Source: Candidatus Aenigmatarchaeota archaeon
Lineage (GTDB): Archaea > Aenigmatarchaeota > Aenigmatarchaeia > GW2011-AR5
Direction of reading: 5' to 3'
Length of the DNA stretch: 13,420 bases
Assembly: GCA_043799385.1 (NCBI GenBank)
Contig: JAZDNV010000026.1
Coordinates: 1-13,420, forward strand
Each line of letters opens with the position of its first letter. Within the stretch, counting starts at the first letter, position 1. The position numbers and the translations under genes are program-made. The notes under the pieces are model-generated. The model ran no database searches, had not been told where the DNA came from, and saw nothing but the letters and a program-made list of their open reading frames with translations. Below are positions 6,996-13,420 of this stretch, in pieces.

Positions 6996-9900
6996 AATAA
7001 AGAGTAAAGGTTCGGTAGAGCCGTTCATACTCATAGCGATACTGCTGCTTGCAGGATTGGGAATAGCAGGCAACCTCATATGCGGTGCCGGCTCGACTGG
7101 CACATGTCCGACAGTAGGCAACGAGTGCACTGGCGCAGTGCTATGCAATTATCCTACATGCACGTGCATTGTTACAACCACCCAGACAATAGACTATAGT
7201 GCGATATACAATTTCACTAATCTCACGATAAATTCAGGCGTTACTGTCAGCGTTAATCAGGCTGTTGGAGGTGGCGCAGGAGGTGCTGGTGGCTGTAATG
7301 CTGCTGCAGGCGGTACAGGCAGTCCAGGCACAAGTGGTGCAGGTGCAGCAGCAGGCGGCGCAGGTGCTACTGCTTCTGGCGCAGGCGGCAATAATGCAGG
7401 TGGTGGCGGCGGTGGCGCAGGCGCAACAGGTGATACTTATGGTGGTTATGGCGGTGGCGCAGGCGGCGCAGGCGGCGCAGGCGGCTCAACTATGGGTGGT
7501 GGCGGAGGCGGCGGCGGTAAAGGAGGTTTAGGTGATAGTGGCGGTTGTGGACCAGCAGGCGGCGCAGGCGGCAACGGTGGCGGAAAAATCACGATTTATG
7601 CGAATAGAATCAATGTAATAGGCACTTTTAATGCAGTTGGCTCAACAGGAGGTTCGGTAAGCGGTGGTGGTGGTGGTGGCGGCGGTGGCGGAAATATCCT
7701 ATTATATGGTAACTATATCGCAATAAGCGGTACTGTCAGCGCTACAGGCGCTACAGGCGGTACAGGCAACCAGCAGGGCGGCGGCGGTGGCGGCGGTTAC
7801 GTTCTAAGAACATCTTCATGCTCGGATTCATTAACTGGTTCGGTATCCGTAGCAGGCGGCTCGCCTTCAGGTGGAGCAGGTACGAGCAGCACAGCGTCAG
7901 GCAGCGGCTGGTTCAACGTGACGAGCAATTGTACAGTCAACTGCGAGTGCGCTTCGAATAACTGCATATCGGATTACGATACTTACGGGCAATTTTGCTG
8001 TGCCTCTGGTCAATGCACTCATAATAACAACTGCTTCAGCAACGGCCAGACGTCAGAAGGCTATTCATGCTCGAGCGGCACGTGGGTCGTGCCTGCATTT
8101 GCAATAATATCGCCGGCGAATACAACACTAACCAAATCTGCGGTTGACTTCAACGTGAGCACTGGAATGAACACGAGCTGGTGCGGTTTCTCGTTGAACG
8201 ACACCGCGAACGTAACGATGACGAAATTAAACACAACCTATTTCAACTACACGAACTCATCGATGATCAATGGCTACTGGTATGTTAGATTCTACTGCAA
8301 CGACACAGGCGGCAGGATGGGCAACACGACTGCCAGGTACTTCACCGTTTTGTCATACACACCTATAATAACAAAGAATTCGCCGCTGAACAGAACGTAT
8401 TCATCATCTAATATTGACTTCAATGTCTCGTTGAACATAAATGGCAGCTGGTGCGGTGTGAGCATAAATGAAACAGCTAACATCACGATGGAAAGAGGAA
8501 CGCCAGTCACAAGCAGCGGCGGAACAACAACGACATCATCGAGAGCCTGGTGGAACACATCATTCCCGTACAGAAAAGCGATAACCATATGGAACACTGC
8601 AGGCGACCAAACGAATTATCAGGCCGCAGTGAATGTGAGCAATGCGACGTATGATAACAACGGATTAGTCGGCAGCTGGCACTTCTCCGAGTCCTCTGGC
8701 AACCTTTCAGCTGATAGTTCCGGCAGCGGCAATGACGGAACATGCACGAACATGCCTAACTCAAATTGTAACTTTACGACTGGAAAATATGGAAACGCAT
8801 TGAGCTTTGACGGAAGCGATGATTACGTTAGTAATACCGGGCTCAGTCCAAATATTAACGGAAATCTCACTTTAGCGTTTTGGTTTAAAGGAAATTTCAG
8901 TCATGCATATCAAGCAAGAATGATGGACTTGGCTCAATCATCTTCAACAGGTTTACAGCCGTCTATGACCACTTCCGGAACAGTAGGTATTGATAATGAT
9001 GGTGGACCTCTGACCACAATCTTTACGTCAACTTCTAAGAGTGACGGAAATTGGCATCACTTTGTTGTAACAAGGAGTGAAACAAACTATAGTGTTTATG
9101 TTGACAATTCGTATGTTGGTTCAGTAATTGGAACGGTTCCGACTTACACAAGGATTTTTATTGGTACTAGGTCTGGACTATCTAGTTATTTCAACGGCTC
9201 AATCGACGAGGTCCGCATATACAACCGCGCGTTATCCGCGTCAGAAATCGCCGACCAGTACAGTGCAACAAAATCGCGGCTCGATTACGGAGATTTGCGT
9301 TTCACTTACTACAACTCGACGTCAGGAAATGAAACGTTACTGAACCATTGGCAGGAGAACGACAACAAGGTCTGGGTCAATGTAACGTCGCTGGTCAATA
9401 ACACGAATACGACAATCTACATGTATTACGGCAATGCTTCTGCGAATTCGACGAGCAACGGCACGGCGACGTTCGAGTTGTTTGACGACTTTGACAATTT
9501 GAACAGTTGGACACAACAAGCAGGAACTTGGACCGTTGCCAATAGTATATTGACGGTACCTAATAGTGCAAATGTTTATCTACGGCATAATACACCAATC
9601 TCTCAATCCATATACGCAGTAGAAAGCAAATTCAAAATTACTACTGGCGTACGACAAGTAATGGATGTTGAAGCTAACAACCCTATGATTAATACCGCTG
9701 CACTGGAGGCAGAATATCGTAGTGATGAGGATAAAATATATTTACATTCAGATGCGATTAATCCTGCCAGTGCTAACTATACAATAGATACCAACACATG
9801 GTATATAAGAATCATAAAGGTTAAGTCTGGAGCCAATAAAGTTGGTATAGATTCAGCTACAAGGTCAAATTATACTGAAGTTACCCAAACCAACGATGGC

Positions 9901-12900
9901 TCAGGTACAGGCAATTATTTGGGGTTCCGCGAGAATAATGGTGGTCAGTCAGAGTGCGCTTGGATATTGGTCCGCAAATACGCATCATCAGAACCATCCC
10001 CGTCAATCGGCAGCGAAGAGACGTACAGCTGGTGGAACACATCATTCCCGTACAGGAAGCCAATAACGATATGGAACACTGCAGGCGACCAAACGAATTA
10101 TCAGGCCGCAGTGAATGTGAGCAATGCGACGTATGATAATAACGGTCTTGTTGGTTCGTGGCACTTCAGCGAGTCCTCTGGGAATCGCACAGCTGATTCG
10201 TCTGGAAATAGCAATGACGGAACTGTATATGCTGTCAACAACGATGACCCGTCTTCTGCCATGCTGAGCCAATCCGGTCTGGTTGCGTGGACTCCTGCAA
10301 ATCTTGTAGACAACGTTGTGACTACGGCCGGTTTCCATACTGATTCATCAGGAATAGGAAGTTACTTCAAGATAGATTTGGGTGCAGGCAACGCAAAGGA
10401 ATATGTCAAGGCAAGATTGTACGCTTATTCATCTACAGTCTATGCGACATGGGACATCTGGTATTCAGACGACAACTCAGCATGGACAAAAGTCTATACA
10501 GGAATGAGCATGTCAGCAGTGGGTGCGAATGCTTGGCAGAGTACAACATGGGATCCTGCAGGAGCGCACAGATATTGGATGTTCAACAAAACCGATGCAG
10601 CAGCAGGCGGTGGCTATCACGGCGAGCTCGAGATGTATTCATTGAATCGGACGACCGGGAAATACGGGAACGGTTTGCAGTTTGATGGTGTGAATGATTT
10701 TGTTAATATTACAACAATAAGTGTCCCAAGCAGCATTACTGTTTCGGCATGGGTGTATTCCACCAACTTCAGCGCTCCGATGATGGTTGTGGAAAAATCA
10801 CCTGTCAATGCCCAATGGGAACTCTACTTTGAAAATAACGCAGGAGTAACACGTGGAATAAAATGGAGAGGGGGTGCAGCTGATGAATCATGTGCCTCAG
10901 GCGACTGGCCGACAAGCTTGAATAATCAGTGGCATCATGTTGTTGCGACACAAAACGGAACCACATGCAATCTTTACATTGACGGCGTTCTAAATAAAAC
11001 TGCGACAATAAACGCTATAGGCAACGGTGCAGGCCCAATTTATATCAGCAGTTACGATGCAACTTCATATTGGTTCAACGGCACCATCGACGAAGTCCGC
11101 ATATACAACCGCGCATTATCTGCGAGTGAAATTGCTGACCAGTACAATGCAACGAAATCAAGATTGGATTACGGAGATTTGCGGTTCACATACTACAATT
11201 CATCGTCTAATACTGAAACATTATTGAACCACTGGATTGAGAACGACAATAAAGTGTGGGTGAACGTCACATCATTGCTCAACAACACGAATACGAAAAT
11301 ATTCATGTATTACGGAAACGCTTCTGCAAATAGTACGAGCAACGGAACGGCGGTGTTCGACTTCTTCGATGACTTTTCTGGCACGGCGATAGATACAACA
11401 AAGTGGGATGAGACCGATTCAGGTAGCTATATTTATCAGAATAATCGACTCATAATAAGTGAGGGTCCTGGTAACTGGGGTAATGTAGCTTTATTTAGTG
11501 ACTCTACTTTTGCTCGCACTTCAGGTAGTCTTTATAGAGAACTCATATTCAAGATGCAGTCGATGTGCCAGAGGGGCGCATCATATACAGAGACTACCAT
11601 GTGGGGCTGGAAAGATACAGGAGCAGGCGTCAGCTATACAGATATGCCACATGCTTTGTACCATTATAACAGTGGAACACCTACTGTAGATATTTATGAA
11701 GATGGTACAAGTCGTGGTACTTTTGGTACCTTTGTTTGTGGCACCCAGTACTGGGGCAAGGTATCTCTAACCGCAAACGGAGCAAAATATTACAAAAGCA
11801 CAGATGGAAATAGCTGGACACTTATCTACACAGGAACAGCTTCTAGCGAGACACCGCTTAAGGTAGGTTTAACACATTATCAGGGCGGGGATAGCTATTT
11901 CGATGATGCATTTGTCCGCAAATACGCATCAACAGAACCATCAGTATCGATGAACAGTCAGGAAGGCTACACAGGAACCACAATACAAACCGTTGCAGGA
12001 CAGACAACGACATATCCTTTCAACCTCACGAAGAGCATGGCGGATGGAACGCACTCTGTGATGTTCTACTGCAACGACACCGTAATCGGCGATATGGGCA
12101 ATACGCCACTCACGTACTTCAGCGTTGATACGGTTCCGCCAACCCTCACTGCATTATCACCAAGCAACACGACATACTCCACAACAGCAATGAATTATTC
12201 GGTAAATGCAAATGAGGAAGTCTCGTTCTGCTCGTATTCGTTGAACGACGGAGCGAACCAAACGATGAACAAACTGAATGCAACGTCATACAATGTAACA
12301 GCAGCGACAACAGATGGATTCAAGAAGCTCGTGTTCTACTGCAACGATACCGCGAACAATACTGGAACATCGAGTGCAAGTTACTTCACTTTAGATTTAC
12401 CGCCGACAATAACAATAGTATCGCCGCTGAACAAGACGTACACGAATACAGTGATAGATTTCAACGTATCCTTAGATCAGACAGGCAGTTGGTGCGGCGC
12501 ATCGATAAACGAGACTGCGAACATAACGATGACAAAATTCAATAATACTTACTTCAATCTTACAAAAACATTGCCTGAAGGTCTACACAACGTAACGTTC
12601 CACTGCAATGACACGAATGCAATGATGGGCAACACTACAAAGAATTTCTTCACAATTACTGTGATAACTGTTGCATCCGGGCTCACGATGAAGTCAGAAA
12701 CGCACAACCTCACGTTCGAGATAGAAATGAATTCGACAATCGCTGCAGGAACGCTCGCGACTGTGAACTACACGATATTCAATCCTGATCCGTATTGCAG
12801 CGATAACCTGACGACTGGCTATTGCGACAAGAATCATACTGATTACATAAACGCATCTGAAATCCGTCTGTGGTTCGGCGAAAATCTTACGTATCAGACG

Positions 12901-13420
12901 CTGTCGATATTGATACAGGGATACGAAGAAATCCTTGGTCGTTACACAGTTGCAGTGCCGTCAACTGACACGAACTGCATTGACATCAAAGCAGAATTAG
13001 TTTACAACGACAAGTTCAACACGACGAGATTCGTAACTTCGAATATTCTGCAGCGCGGGTCGTGCCCGTCGTTCAGAAACGCAACGAACGCAACGTGCCG
13101 CTATGCGCACGACTGCTTAGAGGGATTATACTGCCTCGACTCAAATAATGATACGATACCTGACACGTGCAAGAACCAGACAGCGAGCTTGAATAATTCT
13201 CATTACGGCTATCTATGCGATTACAGAAGCGCTGCAATGGAAGAGCGCGTTGACATAAATGGCCAGTGCAAGTTCGCGTCAGCAGGAACACACCACCGAA
13301 ATCTGCCAAACGGATACAACTGCGAATATGAAGACGACTGCCTCGGTTACTATTGCTGGGACACCGATGGCGATCGCATCAAAGAATGTACCAATACTGC
13401 GACAGCAGGAAACGCGACAG
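6988..13420 (+). CDS. Giant secreted or surface glycoprotein, putative adhesin (>2144 aa, runs off the window end): Gly-rich, Cys-rich, Ig-like, DUF2341-like, LamG and discoidin-like domains
   Basis: Read codon by codon from ATG 6988 with no stop before 13420, and absent from the ORF track. It starts MAKIKSKGSVEPFILIAILLLAGLGIA. SD-like GAGTGA is at 6977-6982 and the gene overlaps the wHTH stop by 8 bp. LamG motifs (LVGSWHF, FDG.DDYV, WHH.V, FNG.IDEVRIYNRALS) occur twice, and so do DUF2341-like motifs (WWN..FPYRK.ITI, DYGDLRF, VWVNV, IYMYYGN, FDDF, VRKYAS.EP). Confidence 0.92.
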   Translation, partial: MAKIKSKGSVEPFILIAILLLAGLGIAGNLICGAGSTGTCPTVGNECTGAVLCNYPTCTCIVTTTQTIDYSAIYNFTNLTINSGVTVSVNQAVGGGAGGAGGCNAAAGGTGSPGTSGAGAAAGGAGATASGAGGNNAGGGGGGAGATGDTYGGYGGGAGGAGGAGGSTMGGGGGGGGKGGLGDSGGCGPAGGAGGNGGGKITIYANRINVIGTFNAVGSTGGSVSGGGGGGGGGGNILLYGNYIAISGTVSATGATGGTGNQQGGGGGGGYVLRTSSCSDSLTGSVSVAGGSPSGGAGTSSTASGSGWFNVTSNCTVNCECASNNCISDYDTYGQFCCASGQCTHNNNCFSNGQTSEGYSCSSGTWVVPAFAIISPANTTLTKSAVDFNVSTGMNTSWCGFSLNDTANVTMTKLNTTYFNYTNSSMINGYWYVRFYCNDTGGRMGNTTARYFTVLSYTPIITKNSPLNRTYSSSNIDFNVSLNINGSWCGVSINETANITMERGTPVTSSGGTTTTSSRAWWNTSFPYRKAITIWNTAGDQTNYQAAVNVSNATYDNNGLVGSWHFSESSGNLSADSSGSGNDGTCTNMPNSNCNFTTGKYGNALSFDGSDDYVSNTGLSPNINGNLTLAFWFKGNFSHAYQARMMDLAQSSSTGLQPSMTTSGTVGIDNDGGPLTTIFTSTSKSDGNWHHFVVTRSETNYSVYVDNSYVGSVIGTVPTYTRIFIGTRSGLSSYFNGSIDEVRIYNRALSASEIADQYSATKSRLDYGDLRFTYYNSTSGNETLLNHWQENDNKVWVNVTSLVNNTNTTIYMYYGNASANSTSNGTATFELFDDFDNLNSWTQQAGTWTVANSILTVPNSANVYLRHNTPISQSIYAVESKFKITTGVRQVMDVEANNPMINTAALEAEYRSDEDKIYLHSDAINPASANYTIDTNTWYIRIIKVKSGANKVGIDSATRSNYTEVTQTNDGSGTGNYLGFRENNGGQSECAWILVRKYASSEPSPSIGSEETYSWWNTSFPYRKPITIWNTAGDQTNYQAAVNVSNATYDNNGLVGSWHFSESSGNRTADSSGNSNDGTVYAVNNDDPSSAMLSQSGLVAWTPANLVDNVVTTAGFHTDSSGIGSYFKIDLGAGNAKEYVKARLYAYSSTVYATWDIWYSDDNSAWTKVYTGMSMSAVGANAWQSTTWDPAGAHRYWMFNKTDAAAGGGYHGELEMYSLNRTTGKYGNGLQFDGVNDFVNITTISVPSSITVSAWVYSTNFSAPMMVVEKSPVNAQWELYFENNAGVTRGIKWRGGAADESCASGDWPTSLNNQWHHVVATQNGTTCNLYIDGVLNKTATINAIGNGAGPIYISSYDATSYWFNGTIDEVRIYNRALSASEIADQYNATKSRLDYGDLRFTYYNSSSNTETLLNHWIENDNKVWVNVTSLLNNTNTKIFMYYGNASANSTSNGTAVFDFFDDFSGTAIDTTKWDETDSGSYIYQNNRLIISEGPGNWGNVALFSDSTFARTSGSLYRELIFKMQSMCQRGASYTETTMWGWKDTGAGVSYTDMPHALYHYNSGTPTVDIYEDGTSRGTFGTFVCGTQYWGKVSLTANGAKYYKSTDGNSWTLIYTGTASSETPLKVGLTHYQGGDSYFDDAFVRKYASTEPSVSMNSQEGYTGTTIQTVAGQTTTYPFNLTKSMADGTHSVMFYCNDTVIGDMGNTPLTYFSVDTVPPTLTALSPSNTTYSTTAMNYSVNANEEVSFCSYSLNDGANQTMNKLNATSYNVTAATTDGFKKLVFYCNDTANNTGTSSASYFTLDLPPTITIVSPLNKTYTNTVIDFNVSLDQTGSWCGASINETANITMTKFNNTYFNLTKTLPEGLHNVTFHCNDTNAMMGNTTKNFFTITVITVASGLTMKSETHNLTFEIEMNSTIAAGTLATVNYTIFNPDPYCSDNLTTGYCDKNHTDYINASEIRLWFGENLTYQTLSILIQGYEEILGRYTVAVPSTDTNCIDIKAELVYNDKFNTTRFVTSNILQRGSCPSFRNATNATCRYAHDCLEGLYCLDSNNDTIPDTCKNQTASLNNSHYGYLCDYRSAAMEERVDINGQCKFASAGTHHRNLPNGYNCEYEDDCLGYYCWDTDGDRIKECTNTATAGNAT
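7267..7908 (+). other. Glycine-rich domain of the giant protein
   Basis: Poly-Gly and GGA runs alternate with beta-strand segments (GGGKITIYANRINVIGTFNAVG, GGGNILLYGNYIAISGTVSATG, GGGYVLRT). Confidence 0.8.
8092..12660 (+). repeat. Four Ig-like repeats of about 85 aa (SP.N.TY...FNVS...WC..S.N..AN.TM...FYCNDT...MGNT...YF)
   Basis: Repeat 1 is at about 8092-8349. Repeat 2 is split between about 8362-8490 and 12019-12129. Repeat 3 is at about 12136-12396 and repeat 4 at about 12400-12660. The Ig-like fold is inferred. Confidence 0.75.
8548..11964 (+). repeat. Intragenic tandem duplication of a DUF2341/LamG unit (copy 1 about 8548-10020, copy 2 about 10030-11964)
   Basis: 71 bp are identical at 8587-8657 and 10069-10139. 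The block 9190-9492 is highly similar to 11074-11376, and GTCCGCAAATACGCATCA occurs at both 9970 and 11914. The segments between these blocks are divergent. Confidence 0.92.

Noticed and set aside
5956..7148. ORFs 5956-6354 (-), 6306-6527 (+), 6746-6958 (-) and 6966-7148 (-)
   Set aside because: They are antisense to the glycosyltransferase, DUF1616-like, wHTH and adhesin genes.
7265..7531. 88-aa Ala/Gln/Val-rich ORF
   Set aside because: It is an off-frame reading of the Gly-rich codons of the giant ORF.
7454..7692. GGCGCAGGC tandem repeats and a (GGT)5 tract as a phase-variation site or CRISPR array
   Set aside because: Unit lengths are multiples of three and encode Gly/Ala, so slippage would not shift the frame. 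There are no unique spacers.
8548..11376. Repeat pairs as a DGR template/variable repeat
   Set aside because: Both copies are in-frame coding, the mismatches are mostly synonymous and not adenine-specific, and there is no reverse transcriptase in the window.
8292..13309. Numerous short ORFs on both strands
   Set aside because: All lie inside the uninterrupted 6988->13420 frame, which carries the recognisable domains.
1..13420. tRNA, rRNA, CRISPR array, transposase or integrase
   Set aside because: None was recognised. The window is almost entirely protein-coding and the intergenic gaps are short.

Overview
This window is very likely archaeal chromosomal DNA, probably DPANN-like. That is an inference from TATA boxes about 21-26 bp upstream of ATGs, a DUF1616-like gene and a giant N-glycosylation-sequon-rich surface protein. 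The left half (minus strand, <1-4794) is a co-oriented run: AroQ chorismate mutase, two different cobalamin-binding radical SAM enzymes, an SsuA/THI5-like substrate-binding protein and a U32-family protein. The U32 gene is truncated at the window edge and absent from the ORF track. Characterised U32 proteins (RlhA, TrhP, UbiU/UbiV) are O2-independent hydroxylases that depend on prephenate, the product of chorismate mutase. This suggests a self-contained anaerobic hydroxylation and methylation pathway of unknown substrate. The middle holds a divergent GT-C (ArnT/PMT-like) glycosyltransferase and a DUF1616-like membrane protein. The right half has a palindromic operator-like array with a perfect 17-bp inverted repeat, a small wHTH regulator and an unannotated ORF of >2144 aa (6988 to the window end). 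That ORF is a putative adhesin with nested domains: an Ig-like repeat split by a ~1176-aa insert of two DUF2341-like units, each with an inserted LamG, the second LamG carrying an inserted discoidin-like domain. All family assignments come from motif recognition by eye, not from database searches.
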